The notes beneath the pieces are model-generated. The model saw only the letters and a program-made list of their open reading frames with translations, was not told the DNA's origin and searched no databases. A stretch of 64,000 bases of DNA from Bordetella parapertussis (GTDB taxonomy: Bacteria; Pseudomonadota; Gammaproteobacteria; Burkholderiales; SG8-39). Position numbers and translations under genes: made by a program. Of the stretch, positions 54,224 through 63,456 are shown piece after piece; position 1 is the first letter of the stretch, and each line of letters begins with the position of its first letter. The stretch spans positions 9,017 through 73,016 of the forward strand of contig CAMDDU010000015.1 of assembly GCA_945892985.1 (NCBI GenBank), written 5' to 3'.

Positions 54224-55204
54224 CTACTCTCCTCCCAGTTCACGCCTGGATTTGCCGGTCACTTGCATCAGGAAACTGTAATCAAAAACACGGTCCACAG
54301 CTGCGGTGGTATCAACTTTTGTAATTCCGGCCTCGTGGATGATTTTCAGCAGCGCCTTGGATTCTTTCTGGTAAAGCTTGTAATCGAGCCGGCCGCGAGG
54401 GATCGACTCCTTCACGACTTCGGGCGTTGAGCCGGTACCTTTTTGCGCCACCTCGGCATAGCGCCCGGGATTGGCATTAAGCGCGTCGGTGGCCTCGACC
54501 AGCGCCCTCACCATGGCCAGCACCGCGCTGCGCTTCTTCAACGCAAAATCGGCGTTGACGGCGAGTGCGCCATTAATGTGTCGAGTCGGGTTGTCGCCGA
54601 TATCTAGGCTGCTGTAGTAGCCGTCGCCAGCCAGCGCCGCGTTGGCGTTATTGGGCTCCCAAAACACGAAGCCGTCGATATCGCCGGCGCGCAGTGCGGC
54701 CTGCAGCGGCGGGCCGCCTGGAGGCGCAAAGCTGATGGTCTTTATTTTCGAAACGTCGGCACCGCCGAGTCTGGCCGATACCTTGAACAACAGCTCGGCG
54801 TAGCTGTTAGGCGCCGTTCCCAGCACCTTGCCCTCAAGGTCCTTCCATGTGTTCGCCGTCACGCCCTTGCGAAGCGTCAGGCTTTGGCCGCCAGCAAAAA
54901 CACCGGCGACAATCTTGTGGTTCCTGAATTCCTTCTCCTCCATCAAGCCAACATTTACGTAGCCTAGCACCGCGGCATCCAGTTCGTTGGTGATGAGCGC
55001 GAGCTGGATCGCCGGGTAACCGCGCATGACGATGGTCTCAAGATCCACGCCCTGTTTTTTTGCGTACTCTTGCATCAGCAGCATGTTCGCCGTGTGAATC
55101 TGTACCGGGAAGCCGATGCGGACTTTTTCCTGTGCATGGACTACAGTTATGGTCAGAAAGACACCCGTCAGCGCATTGATGAAACCTGCCATTAATCGCT
55201 TCAT
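54224..55204 (-). CDS. orphan ABC substrate-binding protein (paralogue of 45981..46958)
   Basis: Start at MKRLMAGF. Long identical stretches with the paralogue (WKDLEGK.LGTAPNSYAELLFK, AALRAGDIDGFVFWEPNNA, YAEVAQKGTGSTPEVVKESIPRG). Confidence 0.85.
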   Translation of the reverse strand: MKRLMAGFINALTGVFLTITVVHAQEKVRIGFPVQIHTANMLLMQEYAKKQGVDLETIVMRGYPAIQLALITNELDAAVLGYVNVGLMEEKEFRNHKIVAGVFAGGQSLTLRKGVTANTWKDLEGKVLGTAPNSYAELLFKVSARLGGADVSKIKTISFAPPGGPPLQAALRAGDIDGFVFWEPNNANAALAGDGYYSSLDIGDNPTRHINGALAVNADFALKKRSAVLAMVRALVEATDALNANPGRYAEVAQKGTGSTPEVVKESIPRGRLDYKLYQKESKALLKIIHEAGITKVDTTAAVDRVFDYSFLMQVTGKSRRELGGE

Positions 55205-55246
55205 GTCAATTCTCCTTGGGATATGTGCGAGAAACCTCAACGCGTG

Positions 55247-55993
55247 TTACGGGTTGTCGATAGGGTTGGCGCCACACGCAGCCCAGATTGCACTCAGTAC
55301 GTCTATGCTCGAGACTTCGCCGAACAGCCGGTCGAGGGTGCGCAGCGCACTCTCATGGTCCTCGGGCGAATAAGCCGCCGTGCCATCCCTGATCGGGACC
55401 ACATAGTAATCACGCATAAACGCCTCGCGGGCCGTGCTCTCAACGCAACAATGGGTACTTACGCCGGAAAACACAAGCGTTCGAATGCCGTGAGCTCGAA
55501 GAATGGTGTCAAGGTCGGTATTGTGAAATCCGTTGTAGCGGTGCTTGGTGACAACCGGATCACCGTGTTCTGGCCGGACTTCACCATAAAACTCGCCGCC
55601 CCAGGAATCCGCACCACAAAATCCACGGCTCTCAAACACCGGTGCCGCAACCGCACCAACGGGACGCTTGCGCGCGCGCGCCATCTGCTCGAGCCATACT
55701 TCGGACAGATAGAGGTTGCCATCGGTGGTGTAAACATTGCGCACAAAAATTATCAGCACACCTGCTTTCCGCGCGGCTGAAATCAGCGCCGGCAGCCTTG
55801 CGGCCATCTCCCGGGATGCCGAGACATCCCAGCCTTCCCGGTGCATCAATCCGCCCTCGGCGACAAAGTCGTTCTGCATATCTATCACGACCAGCGCGGT
55901 ATGGCACGGCAGCACCTTCCGGGCAAGCCCCCACAATGGACGGACATGCGCGACTTTCTCCGCAGCAGCGGTATCGAATTGGGACGCACTCAT
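55247..55993 (-). CDS. isochorismatase-family cysteine hydrolase (amidase type)
   Basis: 248 aa. D-K-C triad contexts VIDMQNDF, TKHRYNGF and GVSTHCCVEST. Confidence 0.9.
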   Translation of the reverse strand: MSASQFDTAAAEKVAHVRPLWGLARKVLPCHTALVVIDMQNDFVAEGGLMHREGWDVSASREMAARLPALISAARKAGVLIIFVRNVYTTDGNLYLSEVWLEQMARARKRPVGAVAAPVFESRGFCGADSWGGEFYGEVRPEHGDPVVTKHRYNGFHNTDLDTILRAHGIRTLVFSGVSTHCCVESTAREAFMRDYYVVPIRDGTAAYSPEDHESALRTLDRLFGEVSSIDVLSAIWAACGANPIDNP

Positions 55994-56007
55994 GAATTCC
56001 TCCTCAT

Positions 56008-56961
56008 TTACAAGCGCAGCAGTCGCTCGGCGTTGCCGTGCAGCATTTTTTCACGGTCATCCGGACTAATGGGACTGCTCTCGATGAAGCGTACACCGTC
56101 TACATTGGAAGCCCACGGCCAGTCGACGGAAAAAAGGATGCGATCCGCACCCATTTCCAGCATGGAGCATTGCAGGGCCGGAATTGAAAAGTTACCGCTG
56201 GTCGTGAGGTAGAAGTGCTCACAAAAATACTCGCGCAATGATCGGGGCAGCTTGTTGGTGCGCTGAACGATGTCATTCACCCGCCACAACGAGAACGGCA
56301 GGCCCTCTCCGAGATGGCCCAGGATGATCTTCAGCCCCGGGTAGGCATCGAATACACCGCTCAGGATCAGCCTCAGGGCATGGGTTGCCGTTTCCACGCC
56401 AAAGCCCCAGGCCGCCCCCGCCAGGACAGCGTGGTCCCTGTAGTAGGCATCGGCCACGGATTTGTGCGGCATCGCCGGGTGAACATAGATGGGCACATCA
56501 AGGGCCTCCGCCCGCTCGAATATAGGCCAGAATGGCTTCTCATCGAGAAAGCGTCCGTCAGTCAGGCCGTGCACCATGGCCCCCTTGAAGCCCAGCTTGT
56601 CCACCGCGCGCTCGAGCTCATCGGCGGAAGCAACCGGATCGATGGTAGGCAGCGCCGCGAATCCTGCAAAGCGTGTCGGGTGGCGCAGGATGGCCTGGTG
56701 CAAGGCATCGTTGACGCGCCGGGCCATCGGCACCGCCTTGTCCACGCCAAGCTGTTGGGTGGCCGGGGGCGCATGCGACAGCACCTGAACATCAATGCCC
56801 GCCTGGTCCATCTCGGCGAGGCGAATTTCATTGAAGTCCAGCAATCGATCGACTATGGATGCCGGTTGGCCAGATCTCCAGTTGGCAAATGTCGCCGCGA
56901 GCTCCGGATGTACGTAGTGCTCCTCGATGGCGATAACCCGGGAACCGGCCTTCGATGTCAT
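56008..56961 (-). CDS. amidohydrolase_2 (ACMSD / gamma-resorcylate-decarboxylase-like) non-oxidative decarboxylase family
   Basis: 317 aa. The VIAIEEHY N-terminal metal motif is characteristic of this family. Confidence 0.85.
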   Translation of the reverse strand: MTSKAGSRVIAIEEHYVHPELAATFANWRSGQPASIVDRLLDFNEIRLAEMDQAGIDVQVLSHAPPATQQLGVDKAVPMARRVNDALHQAILRHPTRFAGFAALPTIDPVASADELERAVDKLGFKGAMVHGLTDGRFLDEKPFWPIFERAEALDVPIYVHPAMPHKSVADAYYRDHAVLAGAAWGFGVETATHALRLILSGVFDAYPGLKIILGHLGEGLPFSLWRVNDIVQRTNKLPRSLREYFCEHFYLTTSGNFSIPALQCSMLEMGADRILFSVDWPWASNVDGVRFIESSPISPDDREKMLHGNAERLLRL

Positions 56962-57149
56962 GCTTTAACCAACTGTTGCGCTTGGATTGTCATCCTGCAC
57001 CCTATTGATGAACGGTATCGCCCTTGTAATTGTCCAGACCCCGGCTACCCCAACTGCAGCTTTGCCGCAGCCTCGCAGAAACCCGCCTCATATCGCCGCC
57101 ACTGTTTTCCGGGTTGAAACGCCTGTCCGCCGCGCCCCTTGCAATATCG

Positions 57150-58133
57150 TCATTCATTCAGAATTACGACACGGCCAGTGCTCTTGCGGCTCGCGACCAG
57201 ATCGAGTGCCTCATTCGCGCGTGCAAGTGGATACCGCGCCCCGATCAACATCCTGATTTTCCCAGTGCGCATGTATTCGAGCACCGCATCCCCCGCCGGC
57301 CTGAGTACCCCGGGGCGTGCGTACCGATGACCGCCTGTGCTGTAACCAACAGCCGACCGATTGCCCGCGTGCAGAACGTTGGTCGGGATGCTTCCCGGAA
57401 CGCCGCCGGACATGCCATATACGACGATCCTGCCCCATGGGGCGAGACAGGCAAGACTCAGTTCGGTGACGGCCCCTGCGATCGAATCGAGGATTACGTC
57501 AGCACCCCTGCCTTCGGTGATGTCCATGACCTTGTCGGAGAAATTTTCCGTCTGGTAATTGATGACATGGTCACAACCCATTTCAAGCGCCAATTCGATT
57601 TTCTCCGCAGCGCCGACGGTCCCGATCACGCAACCGGCGCCCAGCAGCTTCGCCAGTTGTACCGTCGTCGTTCCCACCCCGCCGGCGGCCGAATGAACTA
57701 GCACGGTCTCGCCGCGAACGAGGCGTCCTGCCAGCGTCAGCAGGTTGTAGGACGTTACGGCGTTCGTCGGAAACGCCGCACCCGATGCAATGTCGATCTC
57801 CTCGGGCAAGAGCCAGGTGATCGGAGCGGGCGCTATGACAATCTCGGCAAAGGAACCGGTAAGCGCAATAGCCGTCACGCGCTGGCCTTTTCGCACATGG
57901 GACACCCCTGGTCCGACCTCCGTCACAATGCCGACGACATCGTGCCCAGGAATGACAGGCGGCTTGCGCGGCGTGTGGTAACGGCCTTCACGCATTTCGA
58001 TATCTCCGAAGCTTACCGCCGTACCCTCCATGCGTATGGCCACCTGCCCTTCGGCCGGCTTGGGTTCTGGCACATCCTGGAGCACCAGCAAACTGCGCCC
58101 CGCTTCTTGTGTTACCACCATAGCTTTCATCAT
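57150..58133 (-). CDS. MDR-family NAD(P)H:quinone oxidoreductase / zinc-type alcohol dehydrogenase-like protein
   Basis: Start at MMKAMVV. VHSAAGGVGTTTVQLAK cofactor motif. Confidence 0.85.
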   Translation of the reverse strand: MMKAMVVTQEAGRSLLVLQDVPEPKPAEGQVAIRMEGTAVSFGDIEMREGRYHTPRKPPVIPGHDVVGIVTEVGPGVSHVRKGQRVTAIALTGSFAEIVIAPAPITWLLPEEIDIASGAAFPTNAVTSYNLLTLAGRLVRGETVLVHSAAGGVGTTTVQLAKLLGAGCVIGTVGAAEKIELALEMGCDHVINYQTENFSDKVMDITEGRGADVILDSIAGAVTELSLACLAPWGRIVVYGMSGGVPGSIPTNVLHAGNRSAVGYSTGGHRYARPGVLRPAGDAVLEYMRTGKIRMLIGARYPLARANEALDLVASRKSTGRVVILNE

Positions 58134-58164
58134 CAAACCCCTAGCTGTCATGGTTACTGTTGAA

Positions 58165-59388
58165 CTAAAACGAGTCGCCCCCCTCAATGAGTTCGACCAA
58201 TGTATTGAGCAACGCGGTGGCGCCCGTTCCATCGACGAGGCGATGGTCAGCGGTAAGCGTGAGATCGGCAACCGCTCGTATGACTATCTGGCCGGCCTCG
58301 ACCACCGCGACCTCGCGGCGTCGGCCGACCGCGAGGATGTACGACTCCCCGGGATTGATGATGGCGTTAAACCTGTCCGGTCCATTCGCCCCGAGATTGG
58401 AAATCGAGAGCACCGCTCCCTCCATTTCCCCCGGTCGGAGGCGGCCGGCGATTGCAGCAGCCACCAGACGCGATCGCAGCCCTGCCACCTCCTGCACCGA
58501 TCGTTGTTCGGCGTCGGACATTACCGGGACACGGACCCCGCCACTGACCGCAACCACAAGCCCCACGCGTGTCCCGGTTGCCATGCGAATTTCTCCGTCC
58601 CCGTCGGTGCCGCGAGCATGAAAGGTCGCATTCAAATCCGGGTGCGTCACCAGCGCCTTGGCGGCAGCCCGAATCAGAAAATCCGTGATCGAAGGCCGGA
58701 TCGCCGATTCCGAATACGCCACATTCGCCCGGCGCTTGAAATCATCGAACATCGCCAACGACGCCGTCCGGGATACCGTGAACTGCGGAATTGAACGCAC
58801 GCTCATGGTCATTGCGAGAGCGATGGCCCGCCGAATAGGGGACAGCGCCCCGGAGAGGCCGGGCGGTCCGGTTACCGCCTCGACGTCGCACAATTGCAGC
58901 CGACCGCCGGGCCCCGATGCTGCGACCGCATCAAGGTCGATCCCGAGCATGCGCGCCCGCCGTCTGGCAGCCGGGGTTGCTTTGCGCGCCGACGACACGG
59001 GTTGCTTGTTGGAAACGGCGGGCGACCCCGACGAATCGGGCGCAGGCCCGGACGGCTGTGCGACTTCATCCCCAGACGAAGCTGCGGCCGGCCGCCCGCC
59101 TCCTTGTCCCTGCTCAACCGCAATCTCGCCCAGCACCGCACCGACATCGACGGACTCGCCCGCGTTCCGGGAAATCGTCCGGAGAACGCCGTCAACCGGC
59201 GCCTCCACCTCCACGATAGCCTTGTCGGTTTCCACCTCCAGCAAGGGCGTGCCGGCGTCGATTCGTTGCCCTTCAACCGCAAGCCACCGCACCACGGTTG
59301 CGCATTCGGTAACCATGCCCAGCCGCGGCATCAGGAACGGGATGCCCTCCAGTTGTCCTGCTACGATCGTCACCGGGTCCGGGTTCAT
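58165..59388 (-). CDS. 2-oxoacid dehydrogenase E2 (dihydrolipoamide acyltransferase)
   Basis: Lipoyl motif VETDKAIVEV, a subunit-binding domain, and catalytic DHRLVDG. Confidence 0.9.
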   Translation of the reverse strand: MNPDPVTIVAGQLEGIPFLMPRLGMVTECATVVRWLAVEGQRIDAGTPLLEVETDKAIVEVEAPVDGVLRTISRNAGESVDVGAVLGEIAVEQGQGGGRPAAASSGDEVAQPSGPAPDSSGSPAVSNKQPVSSARKATPAARRRARMLGIDLDAVAASGPGGRLQLCDVEAVTGPPGLSGALSPIRRAIALAMTMSVRSIPQFTVSRTASLAMFDDFKRRANVAYSESAIRPSITDFLIRAAAKALVTHPDLNATFHARGTDGDGEIRMATGTRVGLVVAVSGGVRVPVMSDAEQRSVQEVAGLRSRLVAAAIAGRLRPGEMEGAVLSISNLGANGPDRFNAIINPGESYILAVGRRREVAVVEAGQIVIRAVADLTLTADHRLVDGTGATALLNTLVELIEGGDSF

Positions 59389-59390
59389 GG

Positions 59391-60365
59391 CTATCGGAGC
59401 AACTGATCGAGCGCGGCGTCGATCTCGCGATGTCCCGGGAGGACCGCGCTTTCCAGCACAGGGGCGAATGCTATGGGCGCGCTGGCGCAGCCGACCCTGA
59501 TGATTTCCGCATCAAGTTCATCGAAGGCGTCAGTCGCAATTCTCGCGGCAATCTCGGCACCGATTCCGCCGGTCAATACTGCCTCGTGCACGATGGCCAG
59601 CCGGTGTGTCTTGCCGACTGATCGAACGATGGTTGCCATGTCCAGCGGTGCCAGTGTGCGCAAGTCGATTACCTCTATTGATTGCCCCGCCTGCCTGCGG
59701 CGCTCCGCGACCTCCAGCACCGGATGGAGCATGTTTGAATAGGTTACGACGGTGGCATCGGTTCCCTCGCGCACAACGTGCGCCCGGCCGGCCGGAATGA
59801 TCAGATCAGGATCCGGCGGCGATTGCCTCATGCCATAGAGCCGCTTGTGTTCGACGAACACGACCGGATCGTTGAGCCGGATTGCCGCTCGCAGCATCCC
59901 GTAAGCTTCGACCGGGGAGGAAGGCGCCATGACGACCAGCCCCGGAACATGCAACAGCCATGCTTCGAGGCTTTGCGAATGCTGGGCTGCCGCCCCACCG
60001 GCCGCCCCGGCCTGGGTCCGAACCACCATGGGAACGGAGAGCTGCCCGCCCGACATGTGGCGGTACTTTGCCGCCTGGTTTACCAATGCGTCCAGCGCCA
60101 GGGTGAGGAAGTCCATGAACATGATTTCAACCACGGGGCGCATACCGCACAAGCTCGCACCCACGCACATTCCGCATATCGCGGCCTCGCTAATCGGCGT
60201 ATTGCGGACTCGTGAGGTTCCGTGCCGGGCAACCAACCCTTTGGTCGCGCCGAACGGCCCGCCTACTGCCACGTCCTCGCCAATGACGTAGACACCCGGA
60301 TCGCGTGACATTTCCGCGTCAAGGGCGCGCCGGATGGCTTCTATGAATGTAATCTGATCATCCAT
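59391..60365 (-). CDS. TPP-dependent dehydrogenase E1 beta subunit
   Basis: 324 aa. Transketolase-like pyrimidine-binding and C-terminal domains (VRNTPISEAAICGM). Confidence 0.9.
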   Translation of the reverse strand: MDDQITFIEAIRRALDAEMSRDPGVYVIGEDVAVGGPFGATKGLVARHGTSRVRNTPISEAAICGMCVGASLCGMRPVVEIMFMDFLTLALDALVNQAAKYRHMSGGQLSVPMVVRTQAGAAGGAAAQHSQSLEAWLLHVPGLVVMAPSSPVEAYGMLRAAIRLNDPVVFVEHKRLYGMRQSPPDPDLIIPAGRAHVVREGTDATVVTYSNMLHPVLEVAERRRQAGQSIEVIDLRTLAPLDMATIVRSVGKTHRLAIVHEAVLTGGIGAEIAARIATDAFDELDAEIIRVGCASAPIAFAPVLESAVLPGHREIDAALDQLLR

Positions 60366-60368
60366 GCT

Positions 60369-61349
60369 TCAGGCTCCGCTCTCACGTCCGGTCAGATCGC
60401 CAAGCACCTTTTCAAGCACGCGGTCTGCCGCGGGAGACGCCGCCGATACCGCCCTGGCGAGCACTTGATCAAGTTCGTCACGAACGTCGGCCTCAATCCG
60501 TGCCAATGCCGCGTCCTTGACGCCAAGTTCGGTCAAATGCCGGTGCAATCGCAGGATAGGGTCGCGCGCCGCCCAACTGGCCATCTCGGCCTTGTCACGG
60601 TAACTCATCGAATCACCCTCATAGTGTCCCGAAAGCCTGTAGGTGAGGCATTCCAGAAACTGCGGACCGCTCCCGCCCCGGGCTGCCGCGACCATTGCCG
60701 TTGCAGCGGACTGCACTGCCAGCACGTCGTTCCCATCAACGACCGTATTCGCGATGCCGTAAGGTGCACAGAACTCCGAGAGGTGTTTTACAACGCTGTG
60801 TTCCTCTCGGCTTGTAAATTCCGCATAGCCGTTGTTCTCGCAGACAAACAGCATCGGCAGGCGCCAGAGCGCGGCAAGGTTGAGCGTCTCATGGAAAACC
60901 CCGGATCCGCCGGCACCGTCGCCAAAGAATACAACCGCGACCCGCCCCCTTCCCGCTTCGGCCGCCGCCCAGGCGGCACCGGCGCAAAGTGGTATGTTCC
61001 CGCCGACCACGCCGGTGGCGCCAAGAGCACCCCGCTGCGCGTCCACAAGGTGCATGGATCCACCGTAGCCCCCGCACAGGCCGTCCTGCCGCCCAAGTAT
61101 CTCCGTCAAGACGCCGTAAGGGTCGCTGCCCCGCGCGAGAAAGTGCCCGTGGCCGCGATGACTCGAAAAAAGATAGTCACCATCCTCCAGTGCCGCACAG
61201 GTACCGACGGCCACCGCCTCCTGTCCGCTGCATAGATGGACGAATCCGGGCACTTCGCCGGCTTTCGAAAGCCGCGCCACATGCTCTTCAAAGACACGGA
61301 TCAACCACATTTGCCGCAGGTAGCCGCACCCGGAAGTCACTTCTGTCAT
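60369..61349 (-). CDS. TPP-dependent dehydrogenase E1 alpha subunit (acetoin/pyruvate/BCKA type)
   Basis: 326 aa. TPP motif GDGAGGSGVFHETLNLAALWRLPMLFVCENNG, and YRLSGH loop. Confidence 0.9.
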   Translation of the reverse strand: MTEVTSGCGYLRQMWLIRVFEEHVARLSKAGEVPGFVHLCSGQEAVAVGTCAALEDGDYLFSSHRGHGHFLARGSDPYGVLTEILGRQDGLCGGYGGSMHLVDAQRGALGATGVVGGNIPLCAGAAWAAAEAGRGRVAVVFFGDGAGGSGVFHETLNLAALWRLPMLFVCENNGYAEFTSREEHSVVKHLSEFCAPYGIANTVVDGNDVLAVQSAATAMVAAARGGSGPQFLECLTYRLSGHYEGDSMSYRDKAEMASWAARDPILRLHRHLTELGVKDAALARIEADVRDELDQVLARAVSAASPAADRVLEKVLGDLTGRESGA

Positions 61350-62350
61350 GCGCCTACCCCGACTGGACGACCCAGTGTTGCAAGCACGCCCTCGACTATT
61401 TTCTCGACTGTCACGCTTATTTCGCGTTCCAGCCCCTTGTCATAGGGGATGGGAACATCGGCCGTGGCGACCCTCCGCACCGGGGCCTTCAGCGCCGCGA
61501 ATGCCTCCTCGGCAAGTACCGCCGCCACCTCTGCATTCACTCCGAAGCTCTTGTGGCACTCGTCGGCGATGACCGCGTATCCGGTCTTTCTCACCGACGC
61601 CAGCAGCGTCCCCCGGTCAAACGGCGCCAGCGTCCGCAGGTCGATCACTTCGGCCGATATACCGTGGTCCCGTTGCAGCACTTCGGCCGCCTTGATGCTA
61701 CGCGGCACGGTCACGGAATGCGCGATGACCGAAACATCGCGGCCGGGCCTGCAAATGCGTGCGACTCCGACGGGCAGGGGCGCTGCGGAGAGGTCAACGT
61801 CCTCGCTCGAGAGGAGCAGATCCGAATGGGCGAGGAATACCGTCGGATCTTGACTCTCGAGCAGGCACCACTTCATCAGGCCGTACGCGTCGCCGGCCGT
61901 CGCCGGTGTGAGTATCTGCAGCCCGGGTATGTTACCGAGCATCGACTGCAGCCGGTGCGAGTGCTGCGATGATCCGCCGCCGCGAATACCGCCGAGCGCG
62001 TAACAAGTCAAAGGCGCGTTGACGCGGCCGCCAGTGGTGTAGCGGACGTTGGGAGCCTCATTGACGATGGGCGGGAGTCCATGGAGCATGAAGCTTGCAA
62101 TATTGAAGCTGAGCAGGGGCCGGCCACCGGCGAGGGCAACGCCGACGGCCGCACCTGCGAGCCCGAATTCCGCGATCGGCACGCTCATGTATACCCGCGC
62201 GGCGTGTTTCGCCAGCGCAGGCCCGAAGGCCTCATCCTCCTGCACCGCAAAATGCCCGCCAAAACGCGACCCCATTACAACCACACGCGGATTCTCATCG
62301 AGGGCTTCACCTATGGCACGCCCAAGCGCCTGCAGATAAGTCATTTGCAT
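61346..62350 (-). CDS. second, divergent E1 beta subunit
   Basis: Start at MQMTYLQALGRAIGEAL. Transketolase-like fold, clearly diverged from 59391..60365. Confidence 0.85.
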   Translation of the reverse strand: MQMTYLQALGRAIGEALDENPRVVVMGSRFGGHFAVQEDEAFGPALAKHAARVYMSVPIAEFGLAGAAVGVALAGGRPLLSFNIASFMLHGLPPIVNEAPNVRYTTGGRVNAPLTCYALGGIRGGGSSQHSHRLQSMLGNIPGLQILTPATAGDAYGLMKWCLLESQDPTVFLAHSDLLLSSEDVDLSAAPLPVGVARICRPGRDVSVIAHSVTVPRSIKAAEVLQRDHGISAEVIDLRTLAPFDRGTLLASVRKTGYAVIADECHKSFGVNAEVAAVLAEEAFAALKAPVRRVATADVPIPYDKGLEREISVTVEKIVEGVLATLGRPVGVGA

Positions 62351-62352
62351 GA

Positions 62353-63378
62353 TCAGCCCCCCTTCGCCGCAAAAACGTCGCAATACGCCAGATCCCCGGA
62401 CGGATGGGGGCTGCCAATTGCCGATTCCATGGCAGCCTCGATTCGCGCCCTCACCCTCGCATCAATACCGAGAATTGCCTCGCGGCTCAGAACCCCGTCC
62501 GCCAGCAGTTGCCGGACATGGCTCATCAACGGGTCGCAGTGCATGCTCCAATCCCGTACCGCCTCCGGCGGTTCCCCCTCGTTCCATGCCCAGGGCAGAC
62601 TGGTTTCGGCTCCGGCAAGGTGGGGCCAGAAGGTGCGGTTGCCCGGGTAACGGGAAGTGCGGACTTCGACAAACTGTGTTCTGCGCTCCTTCCTCACCCC
62701 ATCCGCTGCGCCTCGCAGGGCGCCGAACAGTGCCTTGACGTCGGCTCCGTCGACGGTCGAACACTTGATGCCAAAGGATGCGGGTATATCCGTCAGCCGT
62801 CGTGCCAGAAACGTCGAGGATTTTGCGGTATCAACACCGCGCATGTCGGCCGGGACGCCGTTGTTCTCGCAAATGCAGAGAAGGGGAACCTGCCAAAGGG
62901 CGGCGAGATTGATTCCCTCGTAGAACGCCCCTTCCTCCAGGACACCATCACCAAAAAAAGCGATGATGATCCCCGCCTGCCCGAACTGCTTGTGCGCCAG
63001 CGCGCTCCCCACGGCCATGGGAACGCTGCATCCCACGAGGGAAGTCGTCCAGGGAATTCCCAGTTCCGGTGCCACCATGTGCAGCGTTCCGCCCTTGCCG
63101 TCGGTGTTGCCGCCAATGCGCCCCAATTGCTCTGCGTACATCCGGCCGGGATCGGCGCCCCGAGCCAGAAGATGGCCGTTGCTGCGATGGTTCGTATAGA
63201 TGACATCCTCGGCGGCCGCGGACGAGCACACCCCGACCGCCGTCGCCTCCTGACCGATGGAAATATGGAAGTGCACCGGCATGATGGACCGCCGATGCAG
63301 TTGCAACATGCCCTCCTCGAAGCGGCGGATCAGCAGCATCCGTTCCAACGCTCCGGCAGTTTGTTCTAGGCTTTGCAT
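62353..63378 (-). CDS. second, divergent E1 alpha subunit
   Basis: Start at MQSLEQ. TPP motif GDGVLEEGAFYEGINLAALWQVPLLCICENNG is intact, but the YRxxGH loop reads SRYPGN and is followed by an insertion. Confidence 0.85.
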   Translation of the reverse strand: MQSLEQTAGALERMLLIRRFEEGMLQLHRRSIMPVHFHISIGQEATAVGVCSSAAAEDVIYTNHRSNGHLLARGADPGRMYAEQLGRIGGNTDGKGGTLHMVAPELGIPWTTSLVGCSVPMAVGSALAHKQFGQAGIIIAFFGDGVLEEGAFYEGINLAALWQVPLLCICENNGVPADMRGVDTAKSSTFLARRLTDIPASFGIKCSTVDGADVKALFGALRGAADGVRKERRTQFVEVRTSRYPGNRTFWPHLAGAETSLPWAWNEGEPPEAVRDWSMHCDPLMSHVRQLLADGVLSREAILGIDARVRARIEAAMESAIGSPHPSGDLAYCDVFAAKGG

Positions 63379-63456
63379 TTGATGCGCCCCTTTGGTCGAA
63401 AACAAGGTTGACCTGCATGATGTGAAATTCTAGAAGCAAGAAAAAATCGCGCGTCC

